From the IMG/VR virus record IMGVR_UViG_3300012973_001074, positions 51,532 through 115,531 of that record: DNA of 64,000 nucleotides; one strand, given 5' to 3'. Source of the DNA: a virus (taxonomy: Duplodnaviria; Caudoviricetes). Within the stretch, counting starts at the first letter, position 1. Each line of letters begins with the position of its first letter. Shown here piece after piece: positions 37,675 through 48,204 of the stretch. The notes beneath the pieces were generated by a model. It saw only the letters and a program-made list of their open reading frames with translations, did not search any database and had not been told where the DNA came from. The translations under genes were made by a program, and so were the position numbers.

Positions 37675-39519
37675 TCAGCGATGCCCTCGACGTTGAATGA
37701 GCTCGTACGCCCGCGCGTATCTCTCCCCCTCGTTCGTGAGTCGAAGGGCGCCTTCCTCCAGAGTGAGGAACGACTTGTATCGCGAGTACGTTGCCCAGAC
37801 GTCCACGTTGATATCGCGGGGAAAGTTCTTGCGAATCTTATCCCAGACGGCTGGTGCGGTGAGCGGCTCTTCCTCTCCAAGCAACGTGAGGAGCACACGT
37901 GCGATCGCGGGCGGGCTCGGCATTCTCACGGGCGCGAGGCGAGAGAGGCGAAGGTCGTGGACCTCTTTTTCGTAGCAGCATTCTTGCCATGCACGCATCC
38001 ACGCCCGTGCCTCCGAGACCTCCGCGGACGTGTCGAAGTCACCCAGATCAGTGTGAAGCTGTCCGCTGCTTTCTCTTGTCGAGAGCCCGAGCCGGTACAC
38101 GAAGGCATCAGGGATGACAGAGGAGGGGATAGCCGTAATCGTTCCGCCACCTCTCTTGAGTGAGGCGAGGAGCCGAACCTCTTGCAGATGGTAGCGTCGA
38201 CGGTCTGTCCCAATTCGCTCGCGCACGAGCGTGAACAACGCCGGGCGGAAGAGGAAGTCATTGCGATGCTTCAGATCGGCCACACCGGTGGGTTCCCGAC
38301 CGTCGCGATCTTTCTTCGACGAGACGCGCAGTCGGACGCCCGGGAATATCGTGATCTCCAGCTTTCCAAAGTCATCTAGCAAGCCCGACTGATAGCCTAG
38401 AAGCGTCAGCGGTTCGGAGTACTTCTGTCCAACAACGACCTCGGGCTCCGGCGCGCCGTCGACGTCGGGTTGCTCGACGTGGTGGAACTCTTCGTCCGTC
38501 AGCCGTTGATGCTGAACGACCGTATTGAGGCCTGGGTTGACGATCTTTTCAACCGCTTCAAGAACTTGAACGTTCTCCCGGATACGCTCCGGGACCTTGC
38601 CGTCCACGGCATCCTGGAACATCGAGAGCGAGAGATAGCGAGCGATGCTATCGCCTAGCGGCTCGCCTTCGACTTCGGGTGCGAAGTGGAACACGGCACT
38701 TCCGACGGCAATCTGCTCAAGGCGGCTCGAGGGGACGTTCGTCAAGAACGAGAACTGGTCGCGAAGCGCTGCCTGTGCATGATTCTCGAAACGCTTTACG
38801 GAGCTCAGGAACGTGAGAGCGTTGCTCACGTCGATACCGCCACCCTGGGCGACGCCTTCAGCGTACCGGATCTTGTAGCTGTCCTTCTTTGGCTTCTGCC
38901 GCTGCTCTTTCACGGCGAGAGCCGCGCGTAGAAGTGTGTCAAAGCGTGAGGTCTCTTCCTCAGAGCGCAACGTTGCGCGAGCCATCTGCGATCGGAGCTT
39001 GCGCTTGTCGGCTGGAGCCAAGGTGACCTTCAGCGCATTCAGAGCACCGCTTCGCGCGTGAACGATCAATCCTGTGTGGACCAGCCGCTCCAGCGTGCTG
39101 TCGTCCAGGCCATCGGGATAGAGGAACCTGCGCGCGACCTTGTCGGCAAGCGCGGCCCGGAAAGAATCGAACGCCTTGAGGTTGCGAAAGACGTAAATGC
39201 GTCTCTTCGCCATCGAAATGGTGGCTTTATGACCTGCCGGTGGCCGAATCTCATTCAAGTTCGCGAGCGCGACGAACTCTTCGGAGAGGTCCACAACGAT
39301 CGGGCGGTCGGGCGCACGTAGCGAGATCGCGATGTTCTCAGGCAGACGAGTCAGCGCGCCACGGGCCTCGAGCGCGGCCGCTTGTTCGTCCGTGTATGGG
39401 ACGCGCAAACGCGTAGCCCCGTGCATGAGGTCGTCTGCGTCACGAACCGCGGCCGCACCCCACGAGGCCTCAGCACGATGATCGCGTCTGCCTTCGTAGC
39501 CGATGACAAGGACGTCCAT
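37675..39519 (-). CDS. Hypothetical multidomain protein with C-terminal winged HTH
   Basis: 614-aa ORF; PLTAPAVWDKI..LRLTNEGERY; lower GC. Confidence 0.75.
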   Translation of the reverse strand: MDVLVIGYEGRRDHRAEASWGAAAVRDADDLMHGATRLRVPYTDEQAAALEARGALTRLPENIAISLRAPDRPIVVDLSEEFVALANLNEIRPPAGHKATISMAKRRIYVFRNLKAFDSFRAALADKVARRFLYPDGLDDSTLERLVHTGLIVHARSGALNALKVTLAPADKRKLRSQMARATLRSEEETSRFDTLLRAALAVKEQRQKPKKDSYKIRYAEGVAQGGGIDVSNALTFLSSVKRFENHAQAALRDQFSFLTNVPSSRLEQIAVGSAVFHFAPEVEGEPLGDSIARYLSLSMFQDAVDGKVPERIRENVQVLEAVEKIVNPGLNTVVQHQRLTDEEFHHVEQPDVDGAPEPEVVVGQKYSEPLTLLGYQSGLLDDFGKLEITIFPGVRLRVSSKKDRDGREPTGVADLKHRNDFLFRPALFTLVRERIGTDRRRYHLQEVRLLASLKRGGGTITAIPSSVIPDAFVYRLGLSTRESSGQLHTDLGDFDTSAEVSEARAWMRAWQECCYEKEVHDLRLSRLAPVRMPSPPAIARVLLTLLGEEEPLTAPAVWDKIRKNFPRDINVDVWATYSRYKSFLTLEEGALRLTNEGERYARAYELIQRRGHR

Positions 39520-40277
39520 CAGGCAGCCTGCTCGTCCTTGAGACGTTCAACCAGCAGTCCCACGCCACCCTCTTCATAGGTTTCCGCAAGCCTCAGGAGC
39601 CACGCTTCGTCTTCCCCATACCTCCGTTCGGCGCTGTCGATAATGCGGGCATGCATCGACGGCGAGCACGTCCAGTGGCGGAGCGTCGCTACAAGGAAGT
39701 GCTCGGGTTCCGCACGACCTTCCCACGTCCAAGCTCGCCAGTCAGTGTTCGATGTCCAGATCGGATGCTGCGGCCCACCAGGCCAATGGTGATGCGGCCC
39801 GTCGCCGTCGTGAGGCCTCTGCGCCTCCAAGTAGTGCTTCACGAGTTCCGCACTCGTCGATGGGTACCGCTCCAACACCGCGCCTTTCTCCGTCGCGAGC
39901 TGGAACGAGAACGCCGCAAGGTAGACGCACTTCTCGTTGTCGACGAGCTGCGAGACCGGCGCGATCTTGTTGATCAGTCCGCCCGTATCAAAGGGGGACA
40001 TTTGACCGCCGATCAGACCGTTGGGCGGGAGCACGATCGCGTTGTCGCCGAAGGCCTCGAGGGTCCGGCCGAGATAGGCGTAAACGCGGTGCGGAGTGAT
40101 GTTCAGTCGCTGCTCGTATTGTCGTGTCTCGCTCGCGGGATTCGGGTGCGGTCGCGGGCCTTCTCGAAGGACCCTCACGACCGCGTCTTCGTCCGTGAGG
40201 GGCTCCTCGTTGTCGTCGTCAGAGTCCAGCTTCGGGTGATGCCTGTTGAACGCGTGGAACCAGAACAGTTGCGCCAT
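39519..40277 (-). CDS. Hypothetical protein, possible ADP-ribosyltransferase fold
   Basis: FWFH, VLREG, VYAYLG, AFG, PFDTGG, WTWEGR; GAGAGG RBS; 1-nt overlap with the next gene. Confidence 0.7.
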   Translation of the reverse strand: MAQLFWFHAFNRHHPKLDSDDDNEEPLTDEDAVVRVLREGPRPHPNPASETRQYEQRLNITPHRVYAYLGRTLEAFGDNAIVLPPNGLIGGQMSPFDTGGLINKIAPVSQLVDNEKCVYLAAFSFQLATEKGAVLERYPSTSAELVKHYLEAQRPHDGDGPHHHWPGGPQHPIWTSNTDWRAWTWEGRAEPEHFLVATLRHWTCSPSMHARIIDSAERRYGEDEAWLLRLAETYEEGGVGLLVERLKDEQAA

Positions 40278-40734
40278 CCAACCTCTCGTACTTTCGCCTC
40301 GGCGCGCGCTGCTCTAGAGGGTAGCCGTTTCGGACTGGGACATAGAAGCGCGCGACACCGATTGCACTAAGAACCAGCACGCGGTGGAGGATGGCGGCAT
40401 CACCCCTAGGGGTTACCATCTATACCCAAAGGCACAGCTTGATAGACGCGTTGCGTCATGGCGGTGGCGGCGGGAGCGACGTTCGTCCCTCGCAACCCAA
40501 CAAATGTGCTTCTCCAAGACGTCTCCACGACGCGCGACGATTCACGTGGACTCGTGCGGACTGGAGTGGAACCGCTTGACCACTGGTTCCGGCGCGAATC
40601 CGAACCCTTCCGAGTGAAAGACGAGCGACCTCGCCACGTTGGCTAGAAGCTCTCGGCAGAGTTCGACTCCCTGTGCCGAAACCTCTGCGGGGCTGGAAAC
40701 ATGGCCTCTCGTGAGCGACCTGGGGCGTTCACTG

Positions 40735-41002
40735 GGCCAAACGAGGTTGCCGGGCACGTCGAGGAAGGGCGAGCCAACGGAGCCGCTCACGTCCTCGGCG
40801 GACTTCACGTAGCCCATGGTCGTCTGGATCGTGTCGCGGCGGCGCGCCGCTGCATCTTCATGACGTCGACGCCCGCGAGCGCCAGCCACGTGATGCCCGT
40901 ATCGCGCCACGAGCGGAAGCCGATCGGCATTTGCGTCGCGTCGTCGGTGAAGAGCCGCGCGTGGGTGACGCCCGCCGTTCGCAGGTGCGCGCGCATGAGC
41001 AC
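40735..41002 (-). pseudogene. Tyrosine integrase C-terminal relic, frameshifted
   Basis: HLRTAGV..LF..FRSWRDTGITW..KMQRRA, then a frame change to TTMGYVK; the GH motif is lost. Confidence 0.7.
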
Positions 41003-41306
41003 TCTTCTGCGTCCTGACGAGCACGCTGGGGGCTTGGGGTTCCCGCGGCGGCGACCGCCGGCTTGCTTCCCCGGACGCTCGCCGCCGTGGCTCGCTGCCG
41101 GAGTCCGTCGACCCCATCGTCCTCAGCATCCTTCCCCGAGCGCTGGCCGGTCGTGGCCGACGGTTGAGCCTACATGCTGCAGATGCGACCGAGCATCACT
41201 CCGAAGGTCCGAAGGGTTATGCGGGGATGTGCGTCATCCTTGCCGGAACGACAGGGTACCGGTCGATTTCCAGCAACTGGTTCCGTGAGGGGCCGACACG
41301 TCGGAG

Positions 41307-42212
41307 ATGTCGATCGATGCCGTATACCGCTCGAGACGGTACGAACCGCCGACCGAGCCCGAGGCCGCACCAGTCAATCCGGCGGCACGACCATCAAAGC
41401 GCCGGGAAGCATCGGAGCTCGAGCACCCCATCCGCTACCCGCGCGAGCTGTTCGAGGGCGGCGCTGCGCGTGAGGCCGGTCTCTCGTTCGAGAAGAAGCC
41501 GGGAGTGTTCGGCAGGACGGCCCCTCATCGCGCCGACGGGTACGAGCGGATCACGCACGAGCGTCCGCCCGCCGTCGGCGGCACGACGACCATCACCGGC
41601 GCGAAGGTGTACACGAACGCGACGACCGAGATCGGCGTGGCGAAGACGAAGCTCTCGACACCTGAGATGGTGGCGCTCATCCGAAAGCACTGGTCCGATC
41701 TGACCGAAGAAGGTGCCCGGACCCTCGCGGCGCAGTGGGCCGCGGAGACTGGCTTCGGCCAGAACTGCTACTCGTTCAACTTCGGGAACGTGAAGTGCAT
41801 CGACCCGAAGCAAGGTCACATGTACCTGGCCGGTGTCTGGGAGGTTCCGAAGACGGATGCCGAGGCCGCGAAGATGCGAGCTGCTGGCGGACGGGACGCA
41901 GATGACGCCTTCAAGAAGAAGCTCGGCTTGCCGCCAAACATGCGCGTCATCGTGTTCGAACCCCCGCATCCGGCGAGCCGCTTCCGAGCATTTATGAGCG
42001 CGGACGAAGGGATGGCCTTCTGGGTCGGGTTCAAGAAGAACATCGCCGCGAAGCATCCGGAGTACCTCGATGCGCTCAACCGCGGCGACATTGCGACCGC
42101 CGCGCACGTGCTCGCAAAGGCGAAGTACGCGACCGCTCCAGAGGCCATGTACCGTGACGCGATGATTCGTTGCCGTAGGACGATAGACGGCCAACTTGGA
42201 GCGGCGTCGTGA
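41307..42212 (+). CDS. GH73/FlgJ-like peptidoglycan hydrolase
   Basis: AQWAAETGFG, NFGNVK, FRAF.S..EG, YATAP..Y. Confidence 0.75.
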   Translation: MSIDAVYRSRRYEPPTEPEAAPVNPAARPSKRREASELEHPIRYPRELFEGGAAREAGLSFEKKPGVFGRTAPHRADGYERITHERPPAVGGTTTITGAKVYTNATTEIGVAKTKLSTPEMVALIRKHWSDLTEEGARTLAAQWAAETGFGQNCYSFNFGNVKCIDPKQGHMYLAGVWEVPKTDAEAAKMRAAGGRDADDAFKKKLGLPPNMRVIVFEPPHPASRFRAFMSADEGMAFWVGFKKNIAAKHPEYLDALNRGDIATAAHVLAKAKYATAPEAMYRDAMIRCRRTIDGQLGAAS

Positions 42213-42694
42213 AGCGCGCCATCGTCTTCCTGGCACTCGCGCTGGTCGCCTGCAGGAAGGACAAGGGCAAGAACGTCCCGCCCGTACCCGTCGCGGCAAG
42301 TTCGGCCAGCGTGGCGGTCGAGAACCTCATCCCGTTCGAGACTCCGCTGGGGGTACGCATCGACGTGCCGGAGGGGTTCGGCGTCGAGCAGTTCAAGGAC
42401 GACGACATCATCGTCCGCACGCCGGAACGCGCGAAGCTTCAATTGACGGCCATGGGATCGTGCGGGCGTTCGCTGAAGCGTGTGTGCAGCGAGGGGAAGG
42501 TCGTGGGGGACACCTGCGAGGAGAACGGCAGCCTGACCCGCATCTCCGACGGGGTCGTTCACACGCTCAGCTTCGAGGGAAAGGTCTCGCCCTCAGTGCT
42601 CCGGTCGTGGAAGGTCCCCGCATCGACCCCGGTGGGGGTCGGCTTCTACTGCTCGCCACGCGAGATCGTGGAGAACATGGCCGCCGAGCAGTAG
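42209..42694 (+). CDS. Lipoprotein; candidate immunity protein
   Basis: LALALVAC lipobox; GTGA overlap with the hydrolase. Confidence 0.7.
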   Translation: MKRAIVFLALALVACRKDKGKNVPPVPVAASSASVAVENLIPFETPLGVRIDVPEGFGVEQFKDDDIIVRTPERAKLQLTAMGSCGRSLKRVCSEGKVVGDTCEENGSLTRISDGVVHTLSFEGKVSPSVLRSWKVPASTPVGVGFYCSPREIVENMAAEQ

Positions 42695-42949
42695 CGCCCA
42701 TCGTGCGCCGAATGAGAGCACGCTTACGGTTTGCCCCTTGGCGTGCGCGTTCGCATTCGTGGACATTGTGGAGGCGATCACCAGCGGCGCCTGATTCCGA
42801 TGGGCATGGTCGGCACCACGGAGTGCCTCGCGGTAGGGCTCGCAGGCAATGGGCTGGCTGGCCACGGTTCTGAAGCGCCCGAGACACGTCGAACGGAACA
42901 CCGATCGCCGCTCGGACACCCGGTCGACGGAGAGCGGAACGGCCTTCCT

Positions 42950-45900
42950 TCACGCTCCGTCGGCTGCAGCTTGCTCCTCGAGGAGATCGAGCTTCGGCAG
43001 TGCGCGGACGATCTTCATCGTCTCGAGGCTGACCGTGATGACGCGCAGCAGAAGCGAGAGCGGGTAGCGTGGGTCCCCGACGGTCTCGGTGGCCCAGGCG
43101 TTCGCGTCCTTTACGATGCCGCTTGCCTTGTCGGTCGTGACGCTCTGCCGCTCCATCACCCATTCGATCGCGGGCTTACCGTTGACGACGTAGTCGTATG
43201 CGTCGAGCGGGATGTCCCGGACGGTGAGGAGGTCATTGTAGTGGATGATGGTCTTGTCCTTGCCCTTGCCGAATTTCATCTTCTCGACGCGGTACTGCGC
43301 GGCGGTCGGCTTGGCGGGGCCCTCGATGCAGGCGGGGTGCTCGGGCACCTTCTCGTAGCCGACGTGAAGCTCGCCGAGCGCGCGACCGGCCTTGCTGAAG
43401 GCCCAGAAGTCCGCGGCCGTCTTCACGCGCGGGATGCGTGGCAGCTCCTTGCCGAGATTGTCGGCGTAGCGCTCGCGGTAGTCCGGCGAGTGGAGAATGC
43501 CGTAGACGTAGTAGAAGACGTCTTCCTTCGTGATCGTTTCGCCGGGGTAGGCGGACTGGAAGTGGGCAAGGCCGGCATCGGTGATGCCGTCGCGGCGCCC
43601 GATCAAGGTCGGATCCTTCTTCGGGGTGGCGAACAGGGACGCTCCATCCTCATCCTCATCCGCCTCTCCGTCGTACACGTAGAGCGGGAAGAACTGGGAG
43701 CCGACCATGTCCACTGCCTTGAGATTGGGGTTCACGTCGGTCATCAGGACCGAGTAGACGCCCATGGACTCACTCGCCGACACGCCGATAGCGCGATTCG
43801 CAACTCGTTCTGCAAACGGAAAGATGCGCGGGATCTGGTAGACCCTCTCGTTCAGCTTGCGGTCGAAGTAGAGCCAAGACTTCGTAAACGGACGATAGAG
43901 ACTCGGAACGATGTTCTTTGTGTCGAATCTAAGGACTGTCCCTTTTACGAGGTCGTTCTTCAGCGCTCCCGTCCAAGCGATCTTGCTTGGGTCAGTGTCA
44001 ATGAACCTGTCGATGACCGACTCTCTCTGCTTCTTGTCGAGCCCTGGATGCGTCCTGGCCAAGCGCGTCAGCTCGGAGTTGTAGAACTCGATCATCCGGC
44101 CCATCGCGTCGGCGACACCGTCCCTTGATGGTCCGTACGCCCACGCGTCTCGCTGAGACTTGAGCCCGTTGGAGTAGAGGTCGCACAGGGCCAGCTGAGC
44201 ACCGCTCTTGTCGCCGAGCGCAATGAACCGGCCGAAGCTGTCGTCACGCTGTCTAAGCCAGTCGCCATGCGCGTCGGGCACGATGGTCGTCCACCCGTTC
44301 GCTTCCGTGATACCGGCTATGCTGCCAAACTCCGAGACGGCGCCAAGCTTCTCCTCGCGCGAGAGGTAGTCGCCAATGTCACGAAAGTGGATCCGGCCGC
44401 GCTCTTCAGCCTTCGGACTCTTGACGAGGAGCGAGATGGCGACGGGCGCGCGGCTGCCGCTTCCGAAGACCTTGCCACCTTCCTTCCTTGAACGCTCGCC
44501 GGCCGTACGTTGGTTGCCGCGGAGGTGGAAAACATAGAGACTGGTAAATTCTTCGGCGAGGCACTTGCGCAGGCCGTCCGCCGTCGCTGCTTCGACGAAA
44601 TTCGCGTTCGTTACAAAACCGACTATTCCGCGAGCGCCTACGCGGTCACTGGCCCATCGGATTGCACGAATGTAACTGTCGTAGAGGGCCTTCTTGTTCG
44701 TCGCATCCGACCGCAGCGAGTAGGTCTCGGCGATGCGAGCGTCCAGGAGCGGGTACTTCACGTTCGCGTTGTTGTCGTTCTCGCTGTCCTGCCCCACCGA
44801 GTACGGTGGATTGCCGATGATCACGCGGATGTCGAGCTTCTTCTGCCGCGTTCTCCGCGCACTGTTGTCGACGAGCACGCGCGAGACGAGGTCGTCCTTT
44901 TCATACAGCTGGAATGTGTCCGTGAGGCAAATCCCCTCAAACGGCTTGTAATCGCCCCCGACGATGCCGTGGTATGCGGCCTCGATGTTGATTGCGGCGA
45001 TGTAGTATGCGAGCAGCACGATCTCGTTGGCGTGGATCTCCTTGGCGTACTTCCGCGGGAGCTCCTCCTTCGAGATGAGGCCGCTCTGCAGCAGCCGCGT
45101 GATGAACGTGCCCGTCCCCGTGAACGGGTCGAGAATGTGCACTCCCTCGCTGCCGAGCGTCTGCCCGAACTCGGTGCGCAGCAGCTGGTCGACGCTCTTC
45201 AAGATGAAGTCGACGATCTCGACAGGCGTGTAGACGATGCCGAGCCGCTCGGACATCTTTGGGAACGCGTTGCGGAAGAACTTGTCGTACAGCTCGACGA
45301 CGATCTTCTGCTTCCCCTCGGCGCTCTCGATGCCCGAGGCGCGCATCTTCACCGATTCGTAGAAGGCGTTGAGCGTGCTCGCTTCCTTGTCGAGCCGGTG
45401 CTCGTGCAGCGCGTCGAGCACGCCCTGCATGGCCCGGCTCATCGAGTTCTCGGTCGCGAAGGACTGGCCGGAGAAGAGCGCGTCGAAGACCGGCTTCGTC
45501 ACGAGATGCTGGGCGAGCATCTCGATGATTTCGTCGCGCGTAATGCTGTCGTTCAGATCGTCGCGGAGCTCCTCGGCGAAATGATCGAACGCCTCGCGCT
45601 CGTTCACGTTGTCCGGGTTCTCGAGGATGGTGGTGATCCGGTCGATGTGCGTCCGGGCGATCTTGGCGATGTCCTTCGCCCAGTCCTCCCAGTGGTGACG
45701 GTTGCCGACCTTCTGAACGAGCTTCGCGTAAATTGCGCGCTCGATCTCGCCGATCTCGAACTCGAGCTCGCGCTGCTCGGGCTTCGCGAGATTCTGGGGG
45801 CCCCCGATCGTCCGCCCTGCCTTCGCGGCGCGCTTCGCCGTCTCCTTCTTCTTCCCGTCTCCCTTCTTGCCGCCCGAGCGCTTCGCGATCTTGTCCGTGA

Positions 45901-47902
45901 CCGCGATGACCTCCATCTTGCTCGGGTCCCTCGCGTCGAGCTCGAGCTTGTTTACCATCGCATCGAAGCGATCGTCGTGCGAGCGGAGGGCCTGTAGGAC
46001 CTGCCACACGACCTTGTACGTCTGATTGTCGTTGAGCGCTTCATGGGGTTCGACGCCGGCCGGAATGACGACTGGAAGGACGATGTACCCGCGCTTCTTC
46101 CTCCGATCAGGCGTCTGCCGCATGACGCGCCCGACGGACTGCACGACGTCGACCTGCGAGTTGCGAGGCGTGAGGAACAGGACTGCGTCGAGCGCGGGGA
46201 CGTCGACGCCCTCGGAGAGGCACCGCACGTTGCTGAGGATCCGGCACGTGTCGTCTCCCGTGTCGGCCTTCAGCCAGGCGATCTTCGCTTCCTTCTGCGA
46301 GGCGTTCATGCTGCCGTCGACGTGCTCGGCCTCGCACCGGAGGCGCGGCCGGTCTTCGGCCTCCTCCTCGGTCTCGCTCTCCTGATAGGCCTCGACGACG
46401 GCCTGGAACATCTCGGCGATGTGCTTCGAGCTGACCTTGTGCACCCTCGCTCCTTTCTGCCGCTCGATCACCTGGCAGAATGCGACGGCGCGCTTCATCG
46501 GCGCGTGGTCGCCGAGCAGCTCCTCGGCGAGGCCCTTCTTCGCGAGCGCCTTCCAGCAGCCAACGATCTTTGCGGCGTCATCGACGCGTAGCTCGTTGTT
46601 TTTGTCCGCAAGCAACGCTTGCAGGCGTCGGTGAACGTGCTTCTCCTCGACGGCGAGCACGATGACCTTGTAATCGACGAGCAGCTCACGCTTCACGGCT
46701 TCAGAGAACGTGAGAACGTAGAGATTGGGGCCGTAGAGGTTGTCGTCGTCCATCGAGCAGAGGACGACGTTGTCCTTTTCGGCCGACGCCTTCGCCATGT
46801 CGCCGAAGATTCGCGGCGTCGCCGTCATGTAGAGGCGCTTCTTGCCGCGGACATACTCCGCGTCGTGCACCCGGACGAACTGGCTCTCGTCTTCGCCCTC
46901 GAACGTGGCGCCGGTGGTGCGGTGGGCCTCGTCGCAGACGATGAGGTCGAACTCGGGGAGCTCGTGGTTCTTTTGCGCCCGATGGACGACGTCGATCGAG
47001 TGATAAGTCGCGAAGACGACGCTCATGTGCTCGCCGTCGTGGCGCGCGCCCACCTCGGCGGCGAGGCGCTTGGGATCGGTGGTCGCCGGGTACTGGAGTT
47101 CGTGGACGAAGGTTTGGACGGTGTCGTCGTCCCTCTGGCGCTTCTTGCCGACGTCGCTGTCGGAGCAGACGGCGAAGCTCTGGAGGCGGAGCTCGCTCTC
47201 CTGCGTCCACTCGGTGAGAGTCTGCGAGAGGAGGGCAAGGCTCGGCACAAGGAAGAGGATCCGCTTGCCACGGCCCGCCAACTCCTCGGCGATCTTGAGG
47301 CTCGTGTACGTCTTTCCCGTCCCGCAGGCCATGATGAGCTTGCCGCGGTCGTTCTCGCGCAAGCCGGCGATGACCGCCGCCCGCGCATCGCGCTGATGCG
47401 GCCGGGGCTCTTTCTTGCCCCGGACGGCGGGGGCCTTCTTCGGCGCGAACTTCGACCAATCGAGGACGCTCGCCTCGAGCGCGGAGAGGTCGATCTTCGT
47501 GACGGGCGGCTGCTGGTTGGTGAGCGCGTCTTCGGCGTGATCGCTCCAGAGGTCCGTCGTGCTGACGATGATGCGGCGCGCGAAGGGCTTCTTGCCTGAG
47601 GCCGTGAAGAAGCTGTCGATGTCGGCCTTCTGGACGCGGTAGTCCGCCGCGTACAGCTTGCACTGAATCGCGTGGACCTCGTTCGTGAACGTTTCCGCGA
47701 CGAGGTCGATGCCTGCATCCCGCTTGTCCAGTCGCTGCCGCTCCGCCCACTTGGCGTACGGCATGACGTCCCGATAGAGCTCGCGGTAGGCAGGCTCGTT
47801 CTTGAAGTAGCAGACGGTCAACTCCTCGAAGTAGGTGCCCGCCTCCCGGTTGGTGGCGGCTGCTGCTCGGTAACTGGCGAGGAGATCCTGGAGAGCGGTC
47901 AC
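42950..47902 (-). CDS. Type ISP restriction-modification enzyme (LlaGI/LlaBIII-like)
   Basis: Mrr nuclease GIDLV..IQCK; SF2 helicase MACGTGKT, DEAH; MTase DPFTGTG, GNPPY; C-terminal TRD. Confidence 0.95.
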   Translation of the reverse strand: MTALQDLLASYRAAAATNREAGTYFEELTVCYFKNEPAYRELYRDVMPYAKWAERQRLDKRDAGIDLVAETFTNEVHAIQCKLYAADYRVQKADIDSFFTASGKKPFARRIIVSTTDLWSDHAEDALTNQQPPVTKIDLSALEASVLDWSKFAPKKAPAVRGKKEPRPHQRDARAAVIAGLRENDRGKLIMACGTGKTYTSLKIAEELAGRGKRILFLVPSLALLSQTLTEWTQESELRLQSFAVCSDSDVGKKRQRDDDTVQTFVHELQYPATTDPKRLAAEVGARHDGEHMSVVFATYHSIDVVHRAQKNHELPEFDLIVCDEAHRTTGATFEGEDESQFVRVHDAEYVRGKKRLYMTATPRIFGDMAKASAEKDNVVLCSMDDDNLYGPNLYVLTFSEAVKRELLVDYKVIVLAVEEKHVHRRLQALLADKNNELRVDDAAKIVGCWKALAKKGLAEELLGDHAPMKRAVAFCQVIERQKGARVHKVSSKHIAEMFQAVVEAYQESETEEEAEDRPRLRCEAEHVDGSMNASQKEAKIAWLKADTGDDTCRILSNVRCLSEGVDVPALDAVLFLTPRNSQVDVVQSVGRVMRQTPDRRKKRGYIVLPVVIPAGVEPHEALNDNQTYKVVWQVLQALRSHDDRFDAMVNKLELDARDPSKMEVIAVTDKIAKRSGGKKGDGKKKETAKRAAKAGRTIGGPQNLAKPEQRELEFEIGEIERAIYAKLVQKVGNRHHWEDWAKDIAKIARTHIDRITTILENPDNVNEREAFDHFAEELRDDLNDSITRDEIIEMLAQHLVTKPVFDALFSGQSFATENSMSRAMQGVLDALHEHRLDKEASTLNAFYESVKMRASGIESAEGKQKIVVELYDKFFRNAFPKMSERLGIVYTPVEIVDFILKSVDQLLRTEFGQTLGSEGVHILDPFTGTGTFITRLLQSGLISKEELPRKYAKEIHANEIVLLAYYIAAINIEAAYHGIVGGDYKPFEGICLTDTFQLYEKDDLVSRVLVDNSARRTRQKKLDIRVIIGNPPYSVGQDSENDNNANVKYPLLDARIAETYSLRSDATNKKALYDSYIRAIRWASDRVGARGIVGFVTNANFVEAATADGLRKCLAEEFTSLYVFHLRGNQRTAGERSRKEGGKVFGSGSRAPVAISLLVKSPKAEERGRIHFRDIGDYLSREEKLGAVSEFGSIAGITEANGWTTIVPDAHGDWLRQRDDSFGRFIALGDKSGAQLALCDLYSNGLKSQRDAWAYGPSRDGVADAMGRMIEFYNSELTRLARTHPGLDKKQRESVIDRFIDTDPSKIAWTGALKNDLVKGTVLRFDTKNIVPSLYRPFTKSWLYFDRKLNERVYQIPRIFPFAERVANRAIGVSASESMGVYSVLMTDVNPNLKAVDMVGSQFFPLYVYDGEADEDEDGASLFATPKKDPTLIGRRDGITDAGLAHFQSAYPGETITKEDVFYYVYGILHSPDYRERYADNLGKELPRIPRVKTAADFWAFSKAGRALGELHVGYEKVPEHPACIEGPAKPTAAQYRVEKMKFGKGKDKTIIHYNDLLTVRDIPLDAYDYVVNGKPAIEWVMERQSVTTDKASGIVKDANAWATETVGDPRYPLSLLLRVITVSLETMKIVRALPKLDLLEEQAAADGA

Positions 47903-48204
47903 GCATCTTCTTCGCACGCCATCGCCAAGCGCTGCAAGGCGTCCGTTGCCAGCCAGGGACCGCCGTCCGGAGAGGCCCTCAGAGAGCTGCTCGGCGCGCG
48001 CCGGGTCGGGCCGATGTGGGCGAGCGCACGACCGGAACGCGTCACGATTCGTCGCTGCCGACAGAGCCGGTGAAGCGGCGAGAGTAGTGACGACGACCTC
48101 GGGGATCGAGGTGCTCACGCCGGACGGCGCGGGGAAGGGCCACCGAATGAGGCCCGCGGCGATCGCGGTTGCCGCACAGGCATTGATGCGATAGGCGATC
48201 GAAA

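Noticed and set aside
40329-40347. TTCGGAC-N5-CATAGAA as a ninth operator
   Set aside because: Only the left half-site matches.
40550-40690. Functional tRNA gene
   Set aside because: The arms do not pair into a cloverleaf; kept only as a possible relic.
47903-48118. N-terminal extension of the Type ISP ORF
   Set aside because: Family-like sequence starts at GTG 47902.
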